Shown here: one piece after another, positions 9,355-18,593 of the stretch | Position numbering within the stretch: the stretch's first letter is position 1 | Layout of the letters: the number at the start of each line of letters is the position of its first letter | Source: Hydrurus foetidus | Taxonomy: Eukaryota | Length of the DNA: 64,000 bases | Direction: 5' to 3' | NCBI GenBank assembly: GCA_900617105.1 | Contig: UYFQ01000001.1 | Coordinates: 2,976,001-3,040,000, forward strand | The notes under the pieces: generated by a model | The model's input: only the letters and a program-made list of their open reading frames with translations | Told to the model about the DNA's origin: nothing | Database searches by the model: none | Translations under genes and position numbers: made by a program

Positions 9355-10509
9355 ATGATAAGCCGCGCCGCCCTTGAACTTTCCATTCAAAAAGCCCTCA
9401 GCCGCTCACGTGGCGTGGTGCTTAGCGGGCCCCGGCAGTCTGGCAAAAGCACTTTGGCTCAGCGGTTTTTAAGCCGCCAATCGCCCAACTATTTCGACCT
9501 GGAGTACCCGCCGCATGCCTTGCGGCTGGAGCAGCCGGTTCAAACGCTTGAGGCACTACAAGGCCTGGTAGTGATTGACGAGGTTCAGCTCAAACCCAGC
9601 CTGTTCCCGCTGCTGCGGGTGCTGATGGATCGCACCGATAGGGCCGGGCAATTCTTGTTGTTGGGCAGTGCATCGCCCACACTGCTCAGCCAGGCGGGCG
9701 AATCATTGCTAGGCCGCGTTGAAACCATTGATGTTGGCGGGTTTGACTTGAGCGAAGTCAGCGCCGACCAAGGCGGCTACACCGACGAGGCGGCGGCCAG
9801 GCTGTGGCTTCGCGGTGGATTTCCCCGTGCTTATCTTGCTGCAAATGACGAAGACAGCACGGTGTGGCGCAGCCATGCCGTAGCTGATCATGTGCGGCTG
9901 GACATTCCCCAGTTTGGTATCAACATTGCCGCGCCCGCCATGCTGCGCTTTTGGACCATGCTGGCTCACTACCACGGGCAAATCTGGTCTGCAGCGCCGA
10001 CGGCGCAATCAATGGGTGTGTCGGAGCCGACCATCCGCCGCTACCTGGACACGCTGACGCAAACGCTGATGATCCGCCAGCTTCAACCGTGGCATGAAAA
10101 CCTCGGCAAGCGCCAAGTCAAAGCACCCAAAATCTACTTCCGCGATACCGGTTTGCTGCATTTTTTAATGGGCATCCAAAGCCTGCCGCAGTTGCTGGCT
10201 CACCCGCAAAGCGGCGCCAGCTGGGAGGGCTTCGCACTCGAACAGATTCTGCGCATCGCCCAGCCAGACCAAGCCTACTTCTGGGCGACGCACCAAGGTG
10301 CTGAGCTTGACCTGCTGATGTTCAAAAACGGCCAGCGCGTAGGCGTTGAGTTCAAGCGCGCAGACGCCCCTCGCGTGACCACCAGCATGCGCATTGCAAT
10401 GCACGACTTGAAGCTGGACGCCCTTTATGTGGTGTACCCGGGCCTGCATCGCTACAAACTGGCAGACAAGGTTGAAGCCGTGCCGCTTTGGGCGATGTTG
10501 CCCATTTAA
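9355..10509 (+). CDS. AAA_14 ATPase with DUF4143 and C-terminal PD-(D/E)xK-like region
   Basis: GPRQSGKS, VIDEVQ, LLGSAS, RGGFP, KAPKIYFRDTG, ELDL..VEFK. Confidence 0.9.
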   Translation: MISRAALELSIQKALSRSRGVVLSGPRQSGKSTLAQRFLSRQSPNYFDLEYPPHALRLEQPVQTLEALQGLVVIDEVQLKPSLFPLLRVLMDRTDRAGQFLLLGSASPTLLSQAGESLLGRVETIDVGGFDLSEVSADQGGYTDEAAARLWLRGGFPRAYLAANDEDSTVWRSHAVADHVRLDIPQFGINIAAPAMLRFWTMLAHYHGQIWSAAPTAQSMGVSEPTIRRYLDTLTQTLMIRQLQPWHENLGKRQVKAPKIYFRDTGLLHFLMGIQSLPQLLAHPQSGASWEGFALEQILRIAQPDQAYFWATHQGAELDLLMFKNGQRVGVEFKRADAPRVTTSMRIAMHDLKLDALYVVYPGLHRYKLADKVEAVPLWAMLPI

Positions 10510-10627
10510 GGTCTTGGGACTTGGTCGAATATTGAAACTTAACCCTGCAAATCAAACCGCAGACATTCGATTTACGGGATTAAATTAGAAGACGTGCAAT
10601 TTGAAAAGCAAAACGACGGACTCAACC

Positions 10628-10692
10628 GCTATTTAATCAATAGCTGCTGGCGCCCGATTCTATTTGGCTACAGGCCTAAAACATGCCTGAAA
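10628..10692 (+). repeat. Dispersed repeat, copy 3
   Basis: GCTATTTAATCAATAGCTGCTGGCGCCCGATTCTATTTGGCTACAGGCC. Confidence 0.8.
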
Positions 10693-10721
10693 GCAGGCCA
10701 GAACAGCCTTTTTGATGCCTC

Positions 10722-10802
10722 TCAAGCGGCCTCCAGCTCGATATGCACCCGCTGGCCGACGTGCGCGGCGATGTTGACCAGCGCATCGACGGAAAAACGC
10801 AT
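10722..10802 (-). pseudogene. C-terminal remnant of an XRE/HigA-like HTH antitoxin
   Basis: Minus strand reads RFSVDALVNIAAHVGQRVHIELEAA*; no N-terminal HTH part before the DUF3427 gene. Confidence 0.65.
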
Positions 10803-10871
10803 TACGAAGGTTAGACTTCCGATTAATTAAAGTTTAAGCCGCGAGCTCGTGTGCGGTATCCGGGATACACC

Positions 10872-13800
10872 ATGACTCTGCCGCAGGGCCTTTATGACCG
10901 ATTAATTTACGAAGATGAAATTGGCAAATTAGCCGCGCTGGCCGGTCAACGGCGAGCATTGATCGAAGCACCTACCTCGCATCAGCGTCGTGAACAGTTT
11001 GTCGCTGAGTTGGTTAATCGCTTGCCCGAGCTGCTGGATGAAGCAGCGTCGGGCATTACCGAAGCCAGCGAAAAGGCTAAAGTCGAAATCGAACTTATTA
11101 GACGGCTTCTGATGACGCTGCGTGCCGAGCAAGGCACCGCAGACCGCCCGCTGGCAATGCCGCCCCAGTTGCTCAAGTCAATTCATGCGCCCAATACGGA
11201 CGTGGCGTTTCCCTCGACAGGATTGCGTCACCCATGGCTCTTTACTTCAGCAAAATCTGATCCGTCTTTGCTTAACGAGCTTCGTGCCGAGCTGCGGTCG
11301 GTAGATCGCGTAGACATTTTGGTCAGTTTCATCACCTGGAGTGGGGTCCGAAAGCTATTAGACGTGCTCACCCAAGTGACCGCGCTTGATGCGACAGGAA
11401 AGCCAAAGACAAAATTCAGGATTCTTACAACGACGTACATCGGTGCCACTGAGGTCCGCGCGGTCGAAGCCCTTGCCAAGCTACCTGGAGTTGAAGTGCG
11501 AATTTCTTTGGATGGGCGGCGCACTCGATTGCACGCCAAAGCATGGGTCTTTCATCGCGCAACCAATTTCGGGACGGCTTTTGTCGGCAGTGCCAATTTA
11601 TCGGAATCAGCGTTGATCGGAGGTATTGAATGGACCGTAAAGTTCACTCAAACCGGGGACGTCACACTTTTTGATGCAGCCGTAGCGAATTTTGAAACGC
11701 TTTGGAATGATCGCGAGTTTCAACACTACGACCCCAGCGACGAGGATCACAGGGCTGCTTTGGCGCGTTCGCTAGCTGAGCAACGTGGCAATGGTCAAGG
11801 TCGTAATCAAGCCGCTGCTAACACGAATGTGGTGGCAATCCAGACTTGGTTTGACCTGCAGCCAAAGTCATACCAACAGGAAATGCTCGACAGATTAGCT
11901 GCAGAAAGACGATTAGGGCGAAGAAGAAACTTGGTAGTTGCAGCGACTGGAACAGGCAAGACCGTCGTGGCTGCATTTGACTACTTGCGCTTGAAAGAAG
12001 ATGACGGTGCGCCGCCAAGGCTACTGTTCATAGCGCACCGAGCGCAAATTTTGATACAGGCGCTTTCGACTTTTCGGCAAGTTTTGCGTGACCCCGCATT
12101 TGGTGAAATTCTTGACGGTGACAACACACCAGAACAGTACGAACATTTGTTCGCCATGATCGGAACGGTGCACAGCCGCCGCCTCGTGGAGCAACTGGGA
12201 TCTGATTTTTGGCGGGTCGTCATTGTTGACGAGGCGCACCATCTGCCTGCGATGACTTTTGACCATTTTGTTCGAGCCGTGCAACCTTACTATCTGCTTG
12301 GCTTGACCGCTACGCCGGAGCGGTCTGACGGGCAGAGTCTTAGTGTTTACTTCGATTCAAGGCCTGATGGATCACCAGCTGTTTCATTGCGGTTATGGGA
12401 TGCACTTGAACAGCAGTTGTTAGCGCCATTTGAGTACTACGCCACAGCTGACGATACTGACCTTACCGCTGTGGATTGGCAGCGCGGGGCCGAGACCGCA
12501 CAGTTATCAAACATCATCTCCGGGAATTCTGTTCGCGCAGCAACCGTACTAACCGCAGTCACATCGTACGTTTCCGAGCTTAATGAATTAAAGGCTTTGG
12601 CATTCTGTGTCAGCGTTGCACATGCTGTTTTCATGGCCGCGTATTTCACGCGCTCGGGATTGCCGGCCATCGCTTTGTCTGGCGCCGATTCGCCAGAAAA
12701 TCGAGCGTCGGCCGTGCAGCAGCTTCGTATTGGCGAAATCAAGGTAATTTGCAGTTGCGATATTTTCAATGAGGGAATCGACATTCCAGAAGCAAACGCG
12801 ATATTCCTACTCCGACCCACACAAAGCCCAGTGATATTTCAGCAGCAAATAGGGCGCGGACTTCGCTTAGCAAAGGGAAAAGATGCGTGTTTGATCCTTG
12901 ATTTTGTCGGACTCTATAGCGGGGACTTTCGCTTTGATGTCTTGTTGCGCTCAGTTACTGGCATGTCGCGTCGTGAGATAGAAAACGCTGTTCGAAACGG
13001 ATTTAGCACGCTGCCAAGCGGCGTTCACATCCAGTTTGACCGAGTAGCCCGCAACCGCGTGCTAGAAAATCTTCAGCAGTCGTTGACCTTGAACTTGATT
13101 CGATTGAGTAGCGAGCTCGCGGCCTGGTCCGCACTGCAAAACGGGCGGCCCGTCTCCCTCGCGTCGTTCTTGCTTGACAACCAACTCGAGCTGTCGGAAG
13201 TCTATTCGGACGGATCGAACGCTCGTTCATGGACCAGCCTGAAAAGGCGCGTAGGACTTGAAACACGCCCTGTGGGTGAGCGGGAGTTGGACCTTGCAAG
13301 GCGAATCTTCAGCCTACTTCATATCGACGACCCTAGGTTATTGAGTGCTTGGCTTGACGCTTTCGACGGAAAATCTGCTGATGAAATTTGCATTCAAATG
13401 TTGGCTCACCAGCTCTTACCCTCACGCAATGAGCTAACGACGCCCAAGGCCTTCCTAGACCTCATTAGTGCCAATCCTGTCGTGCGCGATGAGCTTAGAG
13501 AGGTGTGTGCGGTTTTAAGGGAACGTAGCGCGCTTGCGCCGGTTCAACTCCATGGCGTTCCAAATTCATGGCCGCTGATTCTGCACGGACGTTATTCGTG
13601 GTCAGAGCTGTTAACTGCAGCTGGTCACGCGAATGCATCAGTGCGCCCACTCGCAGACGGCGGGTGCCTGCCTTTGGAAAACTGCAAGATAGAGCTGCTT
13701 TTTGTAACTTTAGACAAGAGCGAGGGATTCGCTGAGCATGTGCAGTACAAGGATTACGCTATCAGCCCTGCGTTGTTCCATTGGCAAACACAGAACCGGG

Positions 13801-14021
13801 CTGGAATGAATAACAAGACGGGCCGCCGATACTTAGAAAGCCCCGGCAATGGATGGACATTTCAACTTTTCGTTCGAGAGGATAGGGAGGCGGCCTATGT
13901 CGCGCTCGGAGCAGTAGAGCTCGTGTCGTTTGAAGGAGATCGACCTATCTCGATTACTTGGCGCATTCAAACTCCGTTGTCCGCAGCATTGTTTCGAAAA
14001 TTCAGTGTGCTGCGCAGTTAA
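10872..14021 (+). CDS. PLD nuclease-SF2 helicase-DUF3427 protein (SauUSI-like type IV restriction enzyme)
   Basis: LHAKAW and GSANLS (PLD), AATGTGKT, DEAH, LTATPER, QQIGRGLR, C-terminal YKDYAISPALFHWQTQ. Confidence 0.85.
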   Translation: MTLPQGLYDRLIYEDEIGKLAALAGQRRALIEAPTSHQRREQFVAELVNRLPELLDEAASGITEASEKAKVEIELIRRLLMTLRAEQGTADRPLAMPPQLLKSIHAPNTDVAFPSTGLRHPWLFTSAKSDPSLLNELRAELRSVDRVDILVSFITWSGVRKLLDVLTQVTALDATGKPKTKFRILTTTYIGATEVRAVEALAKLPGVEVRISLDGRRTRLHAKAWVFHRATNFGTAFVGSANLSESALIGGIEWTVKFTQTGDVTLFDAAVANFETLWNDREFQHYDPSDEDHRAALARSLAEQRGNGQGRNQAAANTNVVAIQTWFDLQPKSYQQEMLDRLAAERRLGRRRNLVVAATGTGKTVVAAFDYLRLKEDDGAPPRLLFIAHRAQILIQALSTFRQVLRDPAFGEILDGDNTPEQYEHLFAMIGTVHSRRLVEQLGSDFWRVVIVDEAHHLPAMTFDHFVRAVQPYYLLGLTATPERSDGQSLSVYFDSRPDGSPAVSLRLWDALEQQLLAPFEYYATADDTDLTAVDWQRGAETAQLSNIISGNSVRAATVLTAVTSYVSELNELKALAFCVSVAHAVFMAAYFTRSGLPAIALSGADSPENRASAVQQLRIGEIKVICSCDIFNEGIDIPEANAIFLLRPTQSPVIFQQQIGRGLRLAKGKDACLILDFVGLYSGDFRFDVLLRSVTGMSRREIENAVRNGFSTLPSGVHIQFDRVARNRVLENLQQSLTLNLIRLSSELAAWSALQNGRPVSLASFLLDNQLELSEVYSDGSNARSWTSLKRRVGLETRPVGERELDLARRIFSLLHIDDPRLLSAWLDAFDGKSADEICIQMLAHQLLPSRNELTTPKAFLDLISANPVVRDELREVCAVLRERSALAPVQLHGVPNSWPLILHGRYSWSELLTAAGHANASVRPLADGGCLPLENCKIELLFVTLDKSEGFAEHVQYKDYAISPALFHWQTQNRAGMNNKTGRRYLESPGNGWTFQLFVREDREAAYVALGAVELVSFEGDRPISITWRIQTPLSAALFRKFSVLRS

Positions 14022-14284
14022 AGCGGACTCGCATGTCCTTTAAGACCGTTGGGGTGGCCACGCCGCAACTAGGCGTATTGACCACCCGTAAACATATACC
14101 TCAGTCTCGCAAATAAAGTCGCAGAATTTCGTGCGCAAATAGCAAAAATCCTACTGCTGACAACGACTTAGACCCATCTGCAAAGTCGCAAAAACTTGCG
14201 CATTTCTTTGCCCTTGATGTTTCGCTGAGCTTCTATTCACCATGCCCAGCATCTTTTTTTGGGGGTTTTGACCGTTTTGAGCCG

Positions 14285-14351
14285 TTTTCAAGCATCATTT
14301 AGGACGTTAATCCAATAAATACAGGCGCAAGCAGCTCCTCAATTAATAGCA
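14285..14351 (-). repeat. Dispersed repeat, copy 4
   Basis: Plus strand: ATCCAATAAATACAGGCGCAAGCAGCTCCTCAATTAATAGC. Confidence 0.75.
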
Positions 14352-14361
14352 GCTAAGGCGT

Positions 14362-14796
14362 TCAGCGTTGCAACTCAACCATCCCCTGCTTGCTCACCAT
14401 CGCCTTGAACTCATCGTCAGCCTGATTCCAATCAACCACGTCTACGCATATTGGCAGATCTGAATCTTCAAACGCATTTTTTAAGCGGCTGATGACTCGC
14501 AAGGTCAAGGGCTCTGGCTGAATGATGGCCAGGTCAAGGTCTGAGTATTTGCGCGGTGTGCCTGCCGCGCGTGAGCCGAAAGCCAGCACGCGTGCTAGCG
14601 GGATGTGATCGGCAAGGATGGCTTGCACCATGCTCGCCAGGTCAAGGTCTGAGTATTTGCGCGGTGTGCCTGCCGCGCGTGAGCCGAAAGCCAGCACGCG
14701 TGCTAGCGGGATGTGATCGGCAAGGATGGCTTGCACCATGCTCAAGTGCGCGGGCGCGAGGTGAAGGCTGGCGTTGAGCGGTGCCGAATTATTCAT
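14362..14796 (-). CDS. Minimal nucleotidyltransferase (MNT) with a 36-aa internal duplication
   Basis: FGSRA...YSDLDLA occurs twice; C-terminal SDLPICVDVVDW. Confidence 0.85.
   Translation of the reverse strand: MNNSAPLNASLHLAPAHLSMVQAILADHIPLARVLAFGSRAAGTPRKYSDLDLASMVQAILADHIPLARVLAFGSRAAGTPRKYSDLDLAIIQPEPLTLRVISRLKNAFEDSDLPICVDVVDWNQADDEFKAMVSKQGMVELQR
14528..14743. repeat. Perfect 108-bp tandem duplication
   Basis: 14528-14635 equals 14636-14743. Confidence 0.95.
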
Positions 14797-14833
14797 TGAT
14801 GTTCCGAATCAAACGGGTCTTGGCATTTAAAAG

Positions 14834-15271
14834 CTACCAAACTTCGAGCCTGAATGCGTCGGGCAGAAGTTTCTCAGGCTCAATGCTGACCACAGTTTGA
14901 AACGCTTTGTCCCGGCTCACCAGAATTGTGTCGACCGCCACGCTATGCGCGGCGATCATCATGTCAAGGTCACTCAGGTTAATGCCTTGGGTTTCCAGCG
15001 CGTGGCACAGCCGACCGTAGCAGCGCGCAGCGGGTTTGTCCCACGGCAGCACGTCTACGCGCAGCAGCACCTGGAAGAGTGCGTCTTTCAGGCGAGCGGG
15101 CTGGCCTTTTCGGTGCAGGCCGTATTCGAGCTCGGCCAATGTCACGCTGGATATCACGGCTTGGCCCACCGGTATTTGGCCTAACCGCTGCAGCAGCGCC
15201 GCGTCACGACCCTGCATGATGTGGCTGACGATGTTGGTGTCCAGCATGTAGCGCTGGCTCACTCCTGCCAA
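14834..15271 (-). CDS. vapC: VapC (PIN) toxin
   Basis: [32 protein letters not shown]. Confidence 0.9.
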   Translation of the reverse strand: MAGVSQRYMLDTNIVSHIMQGRDAALLQRLGQIPVGQAVISSVTLAELEYGLHRKGQPARLKDALFQVLLRVDVLPWDKPAARCYGRLCHALETQGINLSDLDMMIAAHSVAVDTILVSRDKAFQTVVSIEPEKLLPDAFRLEVW

Positions 15272-15516
15272 CCTTCAAATGGGTCGCGGCGCGGCTGGCT
15301 CGACGCTTGGCGGCGCTCGATCAGCAGGTCGTCCTTAGGGTTGAGTGCTACGGCATCGAGCAAGCCTTGCCAGTCTGATGGCTTTTTTGACAGCACCACA
15401 TCGCCGGTGCTGGGATCACGCCGAATAAAGACTTCAGACACATCAAAGCGAAACTCCAGCGGCAAGCGCACTGCCTGGCTGCGGCCCGTGGCAAATACTT
15501 TGGCGGTTTGCAACAT
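15259..15516 (-). CDS. vapB: VapB (AbrB-type) antitoxin
   Basis: [21 protein letters not shown]; overlaps the vapC start. Confidence 0.9.
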   Translation of the reverse strand: MLQTAKVFATGRSQAVRLPLEFRFDVSEVFIRRDPSTGDVVLSKKPSDWQGLLDAVALNPKDDLLIERRQASSQPRRDPFEGWQE

Positions 15517-15692
15517 GATGAAGCCCTTTCATTAAGATATGCCTCATGATACATACCATAGCTGCTCCAGTCAAGTCGTGGTTTACGAACCGTCGGCGCT
15601 GGCGATGCACTGATAGCTTGGACGTCGCAGGCTGCGGCGCGGCCATTGTTGCTGCGCTTGAATAAGCCGCCCACCGCGCCCATTTGCAACCC

Positions 15693-16883
15693 ATGACTTT
15701 TCACCCGTTGATTTTTATCCTTGCCCTGCTGCACGCTTTTATTGGCTGGCGTTTGGCGCCTGAGCTGGCTGCGCCTTGGGGCTGGGTACTTGGCGTGGGG
15801 CTGGTGCTTTCAACCGTGCTGATGCCGCTTGGTTTGCTGGGAAGCCGGGTTGTGCGCCAGCCTTGGGCTGACCGCTTGAGCTGGGTGGGGTTGCTGTTGA
15901 TGGGCTTGTTCTCGTCGCTTTTTGTATTGACTGCGCTGCGTGATGTGGGCTTGCTGTTGGCTTGGGTGATTGATGCGACTGGCTTGGTGGCTGTACCGCT
16001 GGCAAGCGTGCGCACGTTAAGCGCGCAAGCCGTGCCGCTGGTGGCGCTGGGGGTTACGGCGGCGGGGTTCATCAACGCACGCCGCACGCCAGCCATTGTT
16101 CGGGTGGATGTGCCGATTGCCGGGCTGCCTGCTGCGCTGCACGGCTTTACGCTCGCGCAAATAAGTGATGTGCATGTGGGGCCAACCATCAAGCACGCTT
16201 ACTTGGCGCGCATTGTGGCCAAGGTGAACACGCTGGGCGCAGACCTGGTGGCCATTACCGGTGATTTGGTTGACGGCAAAGTGGCTGAGCTGGCCGCGCA
16301 TGTGGCGCCGCTGGCGGGTTTGCAGTCGCGCCACGGCACGTTTTTTGTGACGGGGAATCATGAATATTACTCAGGCGCGCATGCATGGATTGTTGAGCTG
16401 CGGCGGCTTGGCTTGACGGTGTTGATGAATGAGCATGTGGTGATTCATCACAGTAGCCATGGCAAAACCGAGGGCTTGGCGGTTGACGCGCAGGGTGATT
16501 CGCAAACCATTGCCCCGGTGGTGCTGGCGGGCGTTAACGACTACAGCGCCCACCACTTTGACCCGTCGCACCGCAGTGACCCGGCGCTGGCGCTGCAGGG
16601 CGCACCCGCCACTGCGTTGATACGCATTTTGCTGGCGCACCAGCCGCGCAGCGCGCAGGCCGCGCATGAAGCGGGCTTTGATTTGCAGTTGTCAGGCCAC
16701 ACGCATGGCGGGCAGTTTTGGCCGTGGAATTTGTTTGTGCCGCTGCAGCAGCCCTTCACCGCAGGGTTGAACAAACTGCACACTTTGTGGGTGTACACCA
16801 GCCGGGGCACGGGCTACTGGGGCCCGCCCAAGCGCTTTGGCGCGCCGTCTGAAATTACGGCGCTGCGGTTGGTGGCGGCTTGA
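15693..16883 (+). CDS. Membrane-anchored metallophosphoesterase
   Basis: N-terminal TM helices; SDVHVG, TGDLVD, GNHEYY, SGHTHGGQ. Confidence 0.92.
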   Translation: MTFHPLIFILALLHAFIGWRLAPELAAPWGWVLGVGLVLSTVLMPLGLLGSRVVRQPWADRLSWVGLLLMGLFSSLFVLTALRDVGLLLAWVIDATGLVAVPLASVRTLSAQAVPLVALGVTAAGFINARRTPAIVRVDVPIAGLPAALHGFTLAQISDVHVGPTIKHAYLARIVAKVNTLGADLVAITGDLVDGKVAELAAHVAPLAGLQSRHGTFFVTGNHEYYSGAHAWIVELRRLGLTVLMNEHVVIHHSSHGKTEGLAVDAQGDSQTIAPVVLAGVNDYSAHHFDPSHRSDPALALQGAPATALIRILLAHQPRSAQAAHEAGFDLQLSGHTHGGQFWPWNLFVPLQQPFTAGLNKLHTLWVYTSRGTGYWGPPKRFGAPSEITALRLVAA

Positions 16884-16888
16884 AACAG

Positions 16889-16989
16889 CTCCTTTCCCTT
16901 TTGGGGGAAGGTGGGATAGGGGCGGCTGCGATGTCGAAAATTTTTCTGCGCTTGCCCCCACCCCAGACCTCCCCCGGGAGGGGAGGGAG
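16889..16989. repeat. REP-like inverted pair of C/G-run palindromes
   Basis: CTCCTTTCCCTTTTGGGGGAAGGTGGGATAGGGGC ... GCCCCCACCCCAGACCTCCCCCGGGAGGGGAGGGAG. Confidence 0.7.
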
Positions 16990-17011
16990 TAAAGCGGTCA
17001 CCTTAGTCATT

Positions 17012-17076
17012 ATTTGAGTATTGAATCAGCCTGTAGCCCATTAAATACAGGCGCTAACAGCTATTAAATATATAGC
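17012..17076 (-). repeat. Dispersed repeat, copy 5
   Basis: Plus strand: GCCTGTAGCCCATTAAATACAGGCGCTAACAGCTATTAAATATATAGC. Confidence 0.85.
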
Positions 17077-17218
17077 TGGACTGTTTAGCCTTGGCCAGCT
17101 GTAGCGCACACGCAATCAGTTTGCGCAGCCCTGTGCGCGGCACTGTCTGACAAGCGGCGCCACGGCAGCGTCTCACAATGAAAATTCAAGCAGCTGAATC
17201 AACCGAAAGGAAATCCGC

Positions 17219-17416
17219 ATGACTAAAAAGCAAAATCCCATTGACGAGCAGGCCGCGCACACCGGCAAAGTTGCCAACGACCACAACAAGGCAGGCGAGC
17301 AGCCGTTGACGCAAAAAAACGAACCCAAACGCACGCCAGACAGCCGGACCGACCGCGAAGCGCACCTTGGCAGCAGCAACCAAACGCAGTCGCGCAAGGG
17401 CAATACGGGGCGTTAG
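17219..17416 (+). CDS. Small hydrophilic hypothetical protein
   Basis: Strong RBS (GAAAGGA) before ATG; 65 aa, polar composition. Confidence 0.6.
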   Translation: MTKKQNPIDEQAAHTGKVANDHNKAGEQPLTQKNEPKRTPDSRTDREAHLGSSNQTQSRKGNTGR

Positions 17417-17594
17417 GCGGCGGGGGCAGCACGACTAGAGCCGCGTCAAGTGCCCCGCTGTGGGCAATGCCAAAATCAGGCAGGCGTCACAAATGGCTTG
17501 ACAATTTTTTAGTGCTGGCGTGTGGGTGAGATTTTTAAAAGTAGCTGCCAAGTTTCATACACTCGTTGTCATTGCGAAATCCACTCGGCATCAC

Positions 17595-18593
17595 ATGACA
17601 AAAACCCGCTTACCTCGCCGCGCAGCATTTGGCGCACTGACCGCAGCGGCTTTGCTGCTGTGCCCTGCAGCCATGCAAGTCGCATTCGCCCAAGCCTGGC
17701 CCATAGCCAAACCCATCACGCTGGTGGTGGGCTACCCGCCGGGCGGCAGCACTGACCTCACGGCGCGCACGCTGGGCGCGGAGCTGTCGCGCAAGCTGGG
17801 CCAAACCGTGGTGATTGAAAACGTGGGCGGTGCAGGCGGCACGATTGGCGCGCAAAAGGTAGCCAGCGCCGCGCCCGATGGCTACACGCTGCTGCTGGGC
17901 AGCAACAATGAAATGACAATCAGCAAGCTGGTCAGCGCCGCCGCCAAGTACGACCCGCTGCGCGACTTCACGCCGATTGGTTTGGTGGCATCGCAGCCAA
18001 TGATGTTGGTGGCGTCTACCAAGTCGGGCGTTAAAACAACTGAAGAGTTCATCAAAGCGGCCAAGGCCAACCCGGGCAAGTTCAGCTACGGCTCGTCGGG
18101 CGTGGGCATCGCGCTGAACCTGGCGGGCGAAATGGTGAAGGAAGCATCAGGTACTTTTGTGGTGCACATTCCGTACCGCGGCGTAGCACCGCTGGCCAAT
18201 GATTTGCTGGGCGGGCAACTCGACTTTGGCGTGTTTGTTTTGTCTAGCGGGCTGCCGCATATTAAAAGCGGCAAAGTGGTGGCACTTGGTATAACTGAGG
18301 CCAAGCGCTCTGCGGCGGCGCCCGGCGTGCCGACGTTGTCTGAACACCCTTTGCTAAAAAACGTAGACATCAGCAGCTGGTTTGGGCTGTGGGCACCGGC
18401 GGGTTTGCCTGTTGCGGTGAATCAAAAGCTGTCGCAAGCATTAAGCGAATCATTGGCCAGCGCTGACTTGCGCAAAAAGTTTGAAGACTCTGGTGCGGTT
18501 ACGGCCAACGGCACCACGCAGCTCGCGGGTTTTCAAAAAACGGAAATTGACAAGTACGACCGAATCGTGAAGTTCGCGAAAATTCGCGAATGA
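17595..18593 (+). CDS. Bug/TctC tricarboxylate transporter substrate-binding protein
   Basis: YPPGGSTD, GAGGTIG, APDGYTLL, HIPYRG. Confidence 0.95.
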   Translation: MTKTRLPRRAAFGALTAAALLLCPAAMQVAFAQAWPIAKPITLVVGYPPGGSTDLTARTLGAELSRKLGQTVVIENVGGAGGTIGAQKVASAAPDGYTLLLGSNNEMTISKLVSAAAKYDPLRDFTPIGLVASQPMMLVASTKSGVKTTEEFIKAAKANPGKFSYGSSGVGIALNLAGEMVKEASGTFVVHIPYRGVAPLANDLLGGQLDFGVFVLSSGLPHIKSGKVVALGITEAKRSAAAPGVPTLSEHPLLKNVDISSWFGLWAPAGLPVAVNQKLSQALSESLASADLRKKFEDSGAVTANGTTQLAGFQKTEIDKYDRIVKFAKIRE

